A stretch of 47,938 nucleotides of DNA, filler included, from Catajapyx aquilonaris (taxonomy: Eukaryota), in NCBI GenBank assembly GCA_000934665.2. It is 2 parts of 2 records of this genome, joined end to end, with 100 filler letters (N's around TTAATTAATTAA, not from the genome) between each part and the next. Parts side by side here need not be neighbours in the genome. Positions count along the whole stretch, not along the records: positions 24,025 to 47,938 come from KZ539381.1; 1 more part is not named here. One strand, given 5' to 3'. A model generated the notes under the pieces. It did no database searches and had not been told where the DNA came from. It worked only from the letters and a program-made list of their open reading frames with translations. The number at the start of each line of letters is the position of its first letter. Within the stretch, counting starts at the first letter, position 1. Both the position numbers and the translations under genes were made by a program. This document shows, one piece after another, positions 35,942-47,938 of this stretch.

Positions 35942-36295
35942 TATAATAATAATAATAATTCATAATTCTTGGGTAGTGCCTGACCCTATATAGGGTATGT
36001 GGCACGGACCTTTATTGTAAGTTGTAGTACATAGACCATATTTTTGAAATGCCCGGGCCCACGGGCAGGATGACAGGAGGGGATGTGCAAGGTGCAGTGC
36101 AATGTCTTTATGTGGCCATTTTTAGTGAACTCCCCCGGGTGGTTTAGTCTGTAGGAAATACCACCCGAGACGAAGCCAGAGGTGACCCAATGAACTCTGC
36201 ACGAGATGAAGGGGGTGTCCCCGGGCTGGGATCGAACCCGGGACCTTAACATCCGTGGGCGCATACGTTACCGCAGCACCACTCCGCCTCCCTCA
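35942..36295 (-). mobile_element. tRNA-derived SINE family B, full-length
   Basis: Minus-strand head gggaggcggagtggtgctgcggtaa...ggttcgatccc, (ATT)n-type tail and 13-bp TSD gtgttacatttat. Confidence 0.85.
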
Positions 36296-37195
36296 GTGTT
36301 ACATTTATAAGTACATTAATGTTACTTTATATTTGCTATCAACTTGCTGCATATTGCAATACATACATAATAAGCAATTATACATAATAATAGGTAATTA
36401 TAAAGAAATCCCTTGTCACATTGTTGACTAGTAGACGCCCAAGTCAATTAGCGAATAAGTGCTATGCACCGTTTTCGCTACTGTCTTTTGGCGAAACAAA
36501 CAATACAGAAAATTTTAATAATCAAACTCCAGTGAATGACTTTCTTTCGATAACAACGGAATTTCACCACAATTTAATATGGCCTTTTGTTTACTAGTTA
36601 TTTTTATTTATATTTACTGACATGTGCTTACTAGTTGCCATCATTTATTTTAGGGAATAATGGGTATAATGGGTTTCCAACGCAGGCGAGAGTGATCAGG
36701 TCAAGCCAATATTGCGTTTATGAAGGAAAGGGTTATTATGGATAATGAATGATGTAACGACATAGGAAAAGTCATGACTTACACTTACGTTTTTAACTGC
36801 CATAGCATGCATCCCTATTTTAAGCCTATTACACACGGGTACACTATTATTATAATTATGGAATATTTATTTATTTACCACCGGCCGGCTTATACCTTAT
36901 ATGACTAGTATAGCATAATGTAAATTGTAATTGCAACTGTTGGAAACATAATCTACTAACAAATCACAGCACCTTAGAGCTTCATTTTTCGTACATACTG
37001 TCACATGCATATTTCATGCACCCTCTAGTGTTTACATGTTACATGCACACAAAAGAAATCTGCTTTTATGGCCACAATCGATAGCTACTATAGCTTCATT
37101 GATATATCATACTATCTTTATATTGAATATTAATTACTGTCGACATTACTAATTGTTTATACTGCAGTTACAAACATCTCACTTCCCTTTAGTAG

Positions 37196-38878
37196 ATTCA
37201 AAATTACAGGGGGGTGGCGCTACTAAACGGGGTCTACAAGATTTGGGCCATGATTATAGAGGCGAGGATAAGGGCATGGGCAGAGGGGGAGGGCATATTA
37301 CATGAGGGACAGGCTGGTTTTCGGAGAGGGAGGAGCACATGTGACAACATATTTATATTAAACGCACTGGTACAACACAGGCTTAGGAGGAACAGGGGGA
37401 AAATGTACGCGATGTTCGTGGACCTCAAATCCGCGTTCGACGAAGTGGATAGAATCAAGCTTATGGCAAAACTGAGGAACCTAGGAGTAAAGGGCAAAGT
37501 GTGGAGGCTACTATGCAAAATGTACGAAGAGAGTATTAATACAATAGAAGGCGGGAAAGATTTTGGACAATGACTGGAGTGAGGCAGGGGTGCCCACTGA
37601 GCCCATTGTTATTCATAATACAGTATATGTAAATGATTGGTTGAACATGTTGCAGGAGGAAAATTCAGGGGGNNNNNNNNNNNNNNNNNNNNNNNNNNNN
37701 NNNNNNNNNNNNNNNNNNNNNNNNNNNNNNNNNNNNNNNNNNNNNNNNNNNNNNNNNNNNNNNNNNNNNNNNNNNNNNNNNNNNNNNNNNNNNNNNNNNN
37801 NNNNNNNNNNNNNNNNNNNNNNNNNNNNNNNNNNNNNNNNNNNNNNNNNNNNNNNNNNNNNNNNNNNNNNNNNNNNNNGGGGGGGGGGGGATACAGGAAC
37901 ATATCAAAGCGCAAAGACAGAAAGCATGGAGAGGGTTGCACAGGGTCAGAAGGATATGCAGGCAACCAAAAATTGAACAGTGGGGTTTGGTAAAGGTGTT
38001 GTATGGTAGCATGGTGAGAACGATCTTACTGCAGGGAGCCGAGGTGTGGGCGTGGAAGGTGGGAAGAGCAATGGAGTGTGTACAGTTGGGGTTCCTCAAG
38101 AGGTGGCTCGGAGTTTCCCAGAATACTCCGGGGTACATTGTACTGACGGAGACAGGAATGATGGCGGTGGAAGTGGCGGCATTAGAAAGGGCAGTTAGGT
38201 GGATTATGAAGGTGGAAAGGTTAGGGGAAGACAGACTGTTGCGAAGGATATGGGAAGAGATGAAGAAGGAAAGGGAGGGGGCTAGTAAAAATACCTGGTG
38301 GGAAGATGTGAGGAAGAAGGAACGTGAATGGGCGTGGAGCATGAGAGGGAGGAGAGAATTGACAACACGACTAACTGGCCCGACTACAGATTTGTAAAGA
38401 TAGAGAGAGAAGAAGACCGATATTTGGACAGAGAAAATATAAAATTTTTGAAGGTGTTGGCTAAACTCTGATGTGGGACACTGTGCAGGGCTAGCTGGTC
38501 GTGGCTGTCAGAAACGGAGAGGAACTGTATGGGGAGGGGGAGGAGAATATGGGGCACATTGTGAGCGACTGCAGGGTAATGAAGGAGGAGAGGAGGAAAT
38601 GGATACCGGCGGTGGAGGAGATGGAGGATGAAGAGGTGTATCGCCTTGTAAAGATAATGTAAGAAAAAGGGGTGCTCTGTGTAGGTATCTACGTAATGGT
38701 GAAAAAGAGAAGAAATACAATTTTGGAGAGACAGGGGAGGGGGTGAGTGAAAATGGAATTATGTAAATGTAAATGTAAATGTAAATAATGTCAACGTGTG
38801 AAGAAGGAGGAGAGTCGGCCACGCGGCATGTGCTGCAGGCCGACAAAGTCTAAATAAAGCAAAAACAAACAAACAAAC
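37196..38878 (+). mobile_element. 5'-truncated non-LTR retrotransposon (LINE; RTE/RTE-X-like RT), frameshifted and spanning a gap
   Basis: NYRGVALL, QAGFRRGRSTCDNIF, FVDLKSAFD, TGVRQGCPLSPLLF and LGVSQNTPGYIVLTETG motifs. AATAAA followed by a (CAAA)n tail. The clade assignment is tentative. Confidence 0.9.
37673..37878. other. Assembly gap (N run between poly-G tracts)
   Basis: About 206 N inside the LINE. Confidence 0.95.
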
Positions 38879-39693
38879 TTAACGTTCTTGATATAAGGAA
38901 ATTATGGGTATGATATGGAACTGGTAAAAAAAGTGGCACTGTTCATGACAACGTGTTCCCTGACTCCTTTCGCAGTGGGTACCTTGAAATTCAGTCAGCA
39001 GGCGACTGACCCCAGGACCCAACAAACGAATCCCTGGGAACCTGAAAGAGACATAGGTCACAAACTAGTGACCTTATGACCTCCTTCATGTTACCAATCG
39101 TCTCAGCGACCTCTAATTATGCGGAAATGACACCAACATTGCCATGGAGAGGCAATTTGGAATTTTCCAAATATATATGACCTTTTTTCCAAAACGGTCG
39201 CCATTTTGACCCCACAAGGTCAAGGGTCAGGGTACTGCTTGTCACATTGATCGCCTTAGTCTATGGAATGTTTGTGCAAGGTGGCTTGCTTTCTGTAAGA
39301 ATTTGCAGCATTTTATGCCGTTTTTTCAAGTGTACCGCTCAGACTAGCACGATGGCACCGCGCTAAGAGTACTATCAAATATTTTCAGTTTTTTAACAGA
39401 TGATCGCACAAATATGCCAGTGATATCGTTGTAAAGGTGAGAATGCGAGGAAGCCTTTTCCGTCCTACACATTTTGTCGGGTCTGCTGTGCGGAACGGAT
39501 TATTTTCATGTTTTCAAAAGTGCAAGGAGAAAATTCAAACTTGGCGGGCGTTTTCACGGTGACCTTGACTTGCAGATGATATGATGACCTGATAGTCACG
39601 TTGTGTATCCACTTGTAAACATTTTAAGAGGAATCCGAGCAAAATCGGACGAGTAGTTTCGATTTTATAGCCAATTTCAAGGCGAGTGTCAAT

Positions 39694-40203
39694 GAGTAAG
39701 TTTACATGGGACTAAAAATCGGCCTGGCCCAGGCTTCCTAAGCAAGGCCATCGCCTTAGGTAGACCACCCGATCCAAAAGGCCTGGGCTGCGCCCGACAA
39801 CGGCTCAGATAATAATTCATACCCCGTTATCAGCCTATCGGCTCTTTAGGGGGGAAGTTTTTTTTGTTTTGCCTGGAACTCTTTGCTTTCATTTTACTGC
39901 GCTTTTTGGGATAGGATAGGGACGGAAGGAAGTGGCTGTGGCCTATTAATTACGGAAGCAACTCCGGAATTTTCCTGGAAGGACCGTGGGAAACCACCGA
40001 AAACCACGGTCAGAGTTGCCGGCCCCGGGATTCGAACCCAGGACCTCCCGATTAGCAGTCGGACGCCTTATCCACTATGCCAACCTGCTTCGGTGCAACG
40101 GCTCAGATAAGGCCGGTCTATCGTAGGCCCAGCGGCTACATGGGAGTAAACCGGTTCGCCTAGCATAGGCTAGGCCGATTTTTAGTCCCATGTAAACGCA
40201 CTC
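39694..40203 (+). mobile_element. MITE with GAG..CTC ends and AAT TSD (PIF/Harbinger-related, possibly Pangu-like)
   Basis: AAT|GAGTAAGTTTACATGGGACTAAAAATCGGCCT ... AGGCCGATTTTTAGTCCCATGTAAACGCACTC|AAT. Confidence 0.8.
39813..40095 (-). mobile_element. tRNA-derived SINE family C inserted into the MITE
   Basis: Perfect 15-bp TSD CAACGGCTCAGATAA. Minus-strand B box GGTTCGAATCCC. The uninterrupted site is visible in the 21741-21909 copy. Confidence 0.9.
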
Positions 40204-40549
40204 AATTATGCGCTTCTTGAGCAAAAAACAAAAAAATGACGCGGACAGGGGATAGTCGGGGACTTTTGATATGTTGTTGAGCATGCCAAACAGAGCCTGT
40301 GTGCAAATTTTCAGCTTTACATTATTTATGTCCGGGTAAAAACCTAAAACTCCTGGGCTATTTTGCTCGTAGCTAGAGTTTAGTATAATAATTATTGTCC
40401 CATAGAGCGGAAACTTGTCCATTACAGGAAATATTTGCTGAATAGAGTGATTGCACACTCTTCTAGAGGCTGCTATCAGCAATATAGTTAAACATAACCT
40501 ACCTGATAAGCTTAGTCGCGTTATCCAACTGATGAGAGTAGAGTACAGG

Positions 40550-40639
40550 GCAAGTCTGAGATGAATAATTATTTTTTGAGAGAAAAGTGTCCTGATCATA
40601 GACACTTTTCGCTCAAGAAATAATTCATCTCAGACTTGC
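40550..40639. repeat. Hairpin of about 90 bp
   Basis: gcaagtctgagatgaataattattttttgagagaaaagtgtc pairs with gacacttttcgctcaagaaataattcatctcagacttgc. Confidence 0.75.
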
Positions 40640-41905
40640 ACAAGCATCGCTTAGCGCTTTCAATATGGGCGGCCGACATAATCCTTAACCTACCCCCAAG
40701 TTAGTGTCCGTACCTTTCCATGTCGAAAGTACATAATAAATGAATAATATTACATACCGTACTGTAGGAGACAGATTAAGTGTCACCCGTCGGGATTTTT
40801 TGTGACAATATTTTTTGTTGATTCGGAAAAGCAAGCCGGCAGTTCAGCAGCTTTGTCTGCTAGCTATTTGAAGGTCAAGGGCAGAGAAGGACAGCAGCAG
40901 GAGGCATCTGAAGCGAATGGCAAGAACATTCATTTACTGTCAGGTGGCAAAAAGTGGTAGTGCCTCTTTCCTGCTAGACATTATTTGTTTGCTCAAGAGT
41001 TGCGAGAATGCTACGTGAGGGGCTGTCAAGTCAGAACATACGTAACACCTGCTTGCATATTTGCCTATACGTGACACGTAGGCGCTTGTCAGAATGACGT
41101 GAGATACTTCACTCACGTTAGGGCATATGTTGCTCATGCAGAGATGCAGTGAAAATTCAGCGCGCATAAAAATATGTACAGATCATGGCCTCAGGACAAG
41201 AGGTTTCTATCTGAATAATTCACGCTCAGCTCCCTAAAAACCGCATCACCTCAGCAGAAACAATACAGGTATTTCCCAGCATGCTCTTACTATCCGTTTA
41301 TTTAATATAGACCCCTGTGTTTGACTAGAAACAACTTCCATACACATGATCCAATATATAATGCTATATCAGTATCGTTCGAAAGCTTCTTTAAATCCAC
41401 GTTACATATACGGTATGCGAGTTGTTTTCCCATCATAAGTGGGTCATTTTTTATCGCAAGAAGAAGGCGGAAAGGTGTCATTTTTTAACTAGTTGGCGAC
41501 GTTACGCCGCAAAATGAATTTTTATGACACTTCTCGGAGGTCAAAGAATTCCCCCCTCCCCCCTGTGAACCATGGATAGTGCAAATTTTTGTCTATCTAA
41601 TGTTACCGTATGTAAGTTCGAAACTTAAAAAATCGCAATTTGTGTAATCATACTGAAGTTAATTGCACACATCTGTTATTTGGGTCGTTTCTCATCCGAA
41701 TTACTTCGCGAATATATCGACGGCAAGCCAGAAATGTGCACCGTGCTCTATTACACTATAATAATAATATTTAAAATTATTTAAAAGTATCGCTGTCTAT
41801 TCCCGTCGGAAATCTGGCTGGGTACTTGCCTATTAAACTTAATAAACCAATATATGGCGCTCAAAAGGGGAAAATATCGTCAACAAGAAATTACATGGTC
41901 CAAAA

Positions 41906-42283
41906 CAACCCCCGGACACTTATACTACATTCTGATGTTATCGCATGCCGAGGCATTTTGCCGGGGGTGCTCACCTGAGAGCGTCAGGAGACATTTCAGA
42001 GCCCAGGTTAGTGGCGACCCTACCGGACTACGCTGAACTTTATAGGTACAAATGGGAAGCGCTGCACGCGGGCCCAAAATGGCTGCCGGCGACCGTGTTG
42101 GGTCCCCCAGTGTAGCGCTTCCCTTTTGTACCTATAAAGTTCAGATGTTCAGCGTAGTCCGGTAGGGTCGCCACTTACCTGGGCTCTGACATGTCTCATG
42201 GCGCTCTCAAGTGAGCACCTTCTACAAAACGCCCCAGCAGGGGGTGTGTGGGAGTGACCAGACCTGAGTATTCTTAGATCGTG
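41906..42283 (+). mobile_element. CA..TG element with 8-bp TSD, asymmetric ends and an internal inverted repeat, copy 2
   Basis: GTCCAAAA|CAACCCCCGGACACTTATACTACAT ... TTCTTAGATCGTG|GTCCAAAA. Confidence 0.8.
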
Positions 42284-42489
42284 GTCCAAAAAAACATGGT
42301 GTAGCCTAGTGATTTGTGATGTCAGTAGTGCGCGGTCACGATACGTCGGAAGTGCCGATAGATAGGCTGCGTTGCTTATCATCCAGCCCGCCAGCTCAAA
42401 TTGCATTTCCGCCACTCGGGAAAGTCAGCACTAGGTTTCCTTACTGTTAGTTAAGCAGTAAGTACCACGAGAATGGTGTACGCCGCACC

Positions 42490-45400
42490 CCGGGGAAGCT
42501 AGCATGAATATGCGGCATGAGTTCCGTCAAATCTGCAGTGCTACCAACTTATCATTTACTTCAGCGATTACACAGCGCAACAATCGGCGTGTTACTCGGA
42601 AACCACTATGTAGATCATGTCAGTAGGACACAAAGTAGCTGGGAAACGCCCGGGATTTCTCTCCCAAAATGTGCAGGGGGTCAGGGTGACCAAAAATCCA
42701 AAATATTCAAAATATTGACCTTTTTTTGGCCTATTTCAAGGTCGGGCAAGCACTGTAAGTTTCGGATTTTGTTTTTGCTGGTATTAGGTGTTTTCTGGGG
42801 CTAGTCTGAAGACACTAGGGTGTTTAAAGTCAATCTTTTATAGAAACTGTAGGTTTTCGAGGGTCCTTTTTATGGGAAAAATTCCGTTTTTTGGTACTTT
42901 TTCGTCTATTTTTGCAGAACAGTGTAAGGGCTTTTTTTTTATTAAAAACGTGTAGCGTAATGGGCTCTTTAGAGACCCTACAATCAAGGAATAATAGTAG
43001 AACTTTCCTATGCAACCCTAGTACGCGTGTGCAAAAGCCTAATCTTGGGTAAAATCGCGTTTTTTCGCATTTTTGGTGATTTGACTTTTTTCAACATTTA
43101 AAACCAAATATTCCTCGGCTTTAAAATAAATGAATTCTTCCAAGGAACACTATCCAAGTGTCACTCGCCGATTTTCATGAAATTTGGTACATTGGTAGCC
43201 CACCCCAAGGGATGAAAAACGCACCTACGGTTACCTGCTCAAAATGATCCTGTGACCCTTTTTTGAGGTTGCCAAATTTCAACTCGTAAAATTCAATCAT
43301 CACCGATTTTCTTGAAATTCGGTGCATTGGTAGCCCACCTCAAGGGATGAAAATCGCACCTAAAGTTACCTGCTCAAAATGATCCTGCGACTCATTTTTG
43401 AGGGGGCCAAAGGTCAGCTCCTAAAATTCCGGCATCACCGATTTTCATGAAATTCGATGCATTGGTTGGATTTATAAAGAATGACATTTTCTCAGGACAT
43501 ATTTATGTCAATAAAGAAGTGTTTGACACAAACAAAATGATGTCAAATACTGGACAAAACGTACTTGTGAAACAAAAAACAAGAGAGTCATTCCATGTCA
43601 AATCATCAAATAAATAATAAGTTTTGGATTTTGATGTCATGGATTTGGCTAATTTTTGGGAGACCTGTTCCTTCCCATCTGACATGGACAAAAATATATT
43701 TTAAATTTTTTTTTCCTGTCATCGGTTTTTGAATTTTGGAATGTTCAATAATTGCAAAACCTCCCAAAAACCGCTCACCGACAAACCTTTAAATATGATT
43801 TCCCAGAGAACCGTTCCAGATACAAGCTGGCAATGATCTCATTTTAAAGCCAATGAATAGGGCTTTCATATGATATATATGTAACATGTATTGTTATTCA
43901 GGACACATACGTTTTTCGGGACTTTTCAAAATTTCTTTTTACATTTTCCAAAAATAGGTATGATTTAAAATGTTCCTAAAATTCACACATATTGGTACAC
44001 ATCTACTGAAGGTCTAGTGAAAATTTCAGTGTGGGATCTCTATGCTGTCATACGAAAATGGAATTTCATTACATGTGAGGAAAATAATGATAGTTGGGTC
44101 ATTCCATCTCAATTCTGTTTCTGAAAAGTTGTGGCTTGACCCCTTCCGATGTAACTGAAAAAATCAAGTATGTAGGTATCCACACCTAATTGCGAAATCC
44201 TCAATTTGAGGCCGCTGGAGTCAAATCTCACGGAGATATAAAAATGGAAAGTTCAACAATGACGTCCATGTCAATTTTTAACTGTTCAGACTGTTCTCCC
44301 AACACCAACACGTTACATATCAAATGGAAGGTAATATAGAGAGGAATAATATGGTTGGAAAATATTCGACCTCACTCGAAAAACGACGTCGAAAAAAATT
44401 CGCACATTTATGTCCAAATCACCCTATATTCCCGATAGCCATAACTCATAACATTATGATTTTAACAAAGTGATATTTAGGATACAGGGCAATAACCTTT
44501 GCCTAAATGCACATGCATAACCTCATTGTGATAGGTCAAGCAGGGTTAGAAATAAAAAATCCGAAAATATGAATTACCTCATTTTGCCTATTTTCGAGCT
44601 GAAATTTCTCGAGGTATGCCTGGACCGATTTTGACATTTGGTATGTCAATCTGTTTCTTGGATCATCCCCTATTCAGAAATGCATAAACCATTCTTTACC
44701 CATGAGGGATAATTGATCAGTGAACTTCCAAACGTATGGGTGCATGATTCCGTGCACCTCCTTATGCACCCATACGTTTGAAAATTCGCTGATCAGTTAT
44801 CCCTGATGGGTAAAGAATGGTTTATGCATTTCTGAATAGGGGATGCTCCAAAAAATAGATTGACATGGACGTCATTGTTGAACTTTCCATTTTTATATCT
44901 CCGTGAGATTTGACTCCAGCGGCCTCAAATTGAGGATTTCGCAATTAGGTGTGGATACCTACATACTTGATTTTTTCAGTTACATCGGAAGGGGTCAAGC
45001 CACAACTTTTCAGAAACAGAATTGAGATGGAATGACCCAATTATCATTATTTTCCTCACATGTAATGAAATTCCATAGACGTCAGTAGATGTGTACCAAT
45101 ATGTGTGAATTTTAGGAACATTTTAAATCATACCTATTTTTGGAAAATGTAAAAAGAAATTTTGAAAGGTCCCGAAAAACGTATGTGTCCTGAATAACAA
45201 TACATGTTACATATATATCATATGAAAGCCCTATTCATTGGCTTTAAAATGAGATCATTGCCAGCTTGTATCTGGAACGGTTCTCTGGGAAATCATATTT
45301 AAAGGTTTGTCGGTGAGCGGTTTTTGGGAGGTTTTGCAATTATTGAACATTCCAAAATTCAAAAACCGATGACAGGAAAAAAAAAATTTAAAATATATTT

Positions 45401-47272
45401 TTGTCCATGTCAGATGGGAAGGAACTGGTCTCCCAAAAATTAGCCAAATCCATGACATCAAAATCCAAAACTTATTATTTATTTGATGATTTGACATGGA
45501 ATGACTCTCTTGTTTTTTGTTTCACAGGTACGTTTTGTCCAGTATTTGACATCATTTTGTTTGTGTCAAACACTTCTTTATTGACATAAATATGTCCTGA
45601 GAAAATGTCATTCTTTATAAATCCAACCAATGCACCGAATTTCATGAAAATCGGTGATGCCGGAATTTTAGGAGCTGACCTTTGGCCCCCTCAAAAATGA
45701 GTCGCAGGATCATTTTGAGCAGGTAACTTTAGGTGCGTTTTTCATCCCTTGAGGTGGGCTACCAATGCACCGAATTTCAAGAAAATCGGTGATGATTGAA
45801 TTTCACGAGTTGAAATCTGGCAACCTCAAAAAAGGGTCACAGGATCATTTTGAGCAGGTAACCTTAGGTGCGTTTTTCATCCCTTGGGGTGGGCTACCAA
45901 TGCACCAAATTTCATGAAAATCGGCGAGTGACACTTGGATAGTGTTCCTTGTTAGTCTAACAAACTGTCAGGGACCCCCATAGTATGGAAAAAGACTACG
46001 ATTTCCATAAGCAACCCATGTACGCGTACGCGTACAAAAAAAACAATACACGCGTTCATGGGTTGCTTATGGAAATCGTAGTCTTTTTCCATACTATGGG
46101 GGTCCCTGACAGTTTGTTAGACTAAAAAGAATTCATTTATTTTAAAGCCGTTTAAATGTTGAAAAAAGTCAAATCACCAAAAATGCGAAAAAAACGCGAT
46201 TTTACCCAAGATTAGGCTTTTGCACACGCGTACTAGGGTTGCATATGAAAGTTCTACTATTATTCCTTGATTGTAGGGTCTCTCAAGAGCCCATTACGCT
46301 ACACGTTTTTTATTTTAAAAAAAGCCCTTACACTGTTCTCCAAAAATTGACGAAAAAGTATCAAAAAACGAAAGTTTTTCCATAAAAAGGACCCTGGAAA
46401 ACCTACAGTTTCTGTAAAAGATTGACTTTAAACACCATAGTGGCTTCAGACTAGACCCAGGTAACACCTAATGCCAGCAAAAACAAAATCCGAAACTTAC
46501 AGTGGTTGCCAGACCTGGAAATAGGCCAATAAACGTCAATATTTTGAATTTGTCGGATTTTTGGTCACCCTGACCCCCTGCACATTTTGGGAGAGAAATC
46601 CCGGGCGTTTCCCAGCTACTTTGGGTCCTACTAACATGATTTACATAGTGGTTTCCGAGTAACACACCGATTTTTTTTTTGTTGCGCTGTGTTATTTCAG
46701 TAATCGCAACCTCTAGAGCGGCCATATTTGGCGGCCGTGACCTGGTGACCTTCCACCAGGATTTCCTAAAAATCGGCGAGGGTGCAAAACTCCTTACCTA
46801 ACCGGGGTCACCTCGAACTCTTGTTCAAGAAGACCAGCAGTAATAAAAACATGTCATTCACGGTCTTCGCAACTTCCAGAGTGGCCATATTTGGCAAGCG
46901 TGACCTGGTGACCTCCGACCACATTTTCTTAAAAATTGGCGAGGGTGCAAAACTCCTGACCCAGCCGGGGTCACCTCGAACTCTTCAGGCCCATGTTCAA
47001 GAAGGCCTCTGATAAAAACAGGCTTCTCGGTCATTCTCGGTCTGGTCTTCTTGAACAAGGGCTGTAGAGTTCGAGGTGACCCTGGCAGGGTCAGGAGTTT
47101 TGCACCCTCGCCAATTTTTAGGAATCCTGGTGGAAGGTCACCAGGTCACGGCTGCCAAATATGGCCGCTCTAGAGGTTGCGATTACTGAAATAATCACTC
47201 GAGTAAATGATAAGTTGGTAGCACTACAGATTTGACGGAACTCATGCCGCATATTCATGCTAGCTTCCCCGG
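42490..47272. mobile_element. Giant multi-shell foldback palindrome (about 4.8 kb)
   Basis: 42490-42560 pairs with 47201-47272, 42570-43140 with 46126-46690, and 43141-44275 with 44857-45951. Extra hairpins at 44644-44866, 45952-46125 and 46692-47194. Tandem repeat of about 134 bp at 43165-43465, mirrored in the right arm. Confidence 0.92.
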
Positions 47273-47638
47273 ATTTACCATGGTGCAATGGTGCACTTGC
47301 ACCAGGGCCCTAGGCCGAAGGGGGCCCCCCAATCACAACAAGAAAAAATAATTTTTTAACAATTTTTTTACCTGTTGTCAGCTGCTTTGAGCCGAATATG
47401 ATTGTACCGGTACCTGTCTAGCGGAAGTTGTAAGGGACCAGATGCCAAGTCATTAGCCCTAGACCCAAGGGACCTCCCCCCCCCCCCGATCATGTCCCAG
47501 AGTAGACTGCTTTTAACATATGCAGCGAAAGCCGGACGGGGAAGATCGCAGATGACTAGTCCGTACTGGGTTTCTGGGTACAATTAACGAAACGATAAGC
47601 CCAGGTTCCACGTCGGGTGGGGCCAGAGCCGGCCCTAT
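47273..47638. mobile_element. Probable hAT-type MITE fragment
   Basis: GGGCCC-rich subterminal motifs. The right end GCCGGCCCTA resembles the (C/T)AGGGCCGGC hAT terminus. The left end is truncated at the giant palindrome. Confidence 0.35.
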
Positions 47639-47938
47639 GTAGGGGAGGGCAACAGGGGGCCCTGACCGAGGCCCCACGATTCGGAAGACCATGGGTAATA
47701 CAGGAAATGTCCAAAACTGAGAAAGCCCCACACATTGTGATTCTTTCATTGGCCCACTTAAGAAAACATATTTTCTTGCGTCATAATGAAAGATTTTTGA
47801 AACGAACATATGAAGGCCTATACTTTGGTTATTTTTAAGAACTTGCATATACACGACTCCCCGGGCCCTTCGTTTGGCACTTCGGCTTCGATAAGAGAAG
47901 CGAGGCAGTGGAGGCACACTTGATCATCTCTGTGGGAT

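Overview
Eukaryotic, almost certainly arthropod genomic DNA (TATA+TCAGT promoter, GT-AG introns, insect-type tRNA SINEs). I can support only two host genes, both on the + strand. One is a complete 3-exon secreted Gly/Tyr/His-rich protein with (V/Y)PVxxK repeats, resembling a low-complexity cuticular protein (3648-4586). The other is two internal exons of mitochondrial ATP synthase subunit d (10620-10788, 18036-18173); I could not find its first or last coding exon. Most of the remainder is a dense, nested set of non-autonomous DNA transposons, many of them near-perfect foldback palindromes, plus three tRNA-SINE families, LINE remnants and a Helitron 3' end. Superfamily labels come from termini and target-site duplications (TSDs) only. 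The most unusual signals are concentric 'Russian-doll' palindromes whose inner transposon ends have mirror-image flanks instead of TSDs (up to about 4.8 kb), and a P-like family with clean 8-bp TSDs but non-matching ends. A 100-nt gap containing TTAATTAATTAA at 23925-24024 looks like an artificial contig linker, so the two halves may not be adjacent in the genome. Almost all entries in the ORF track are spurious.
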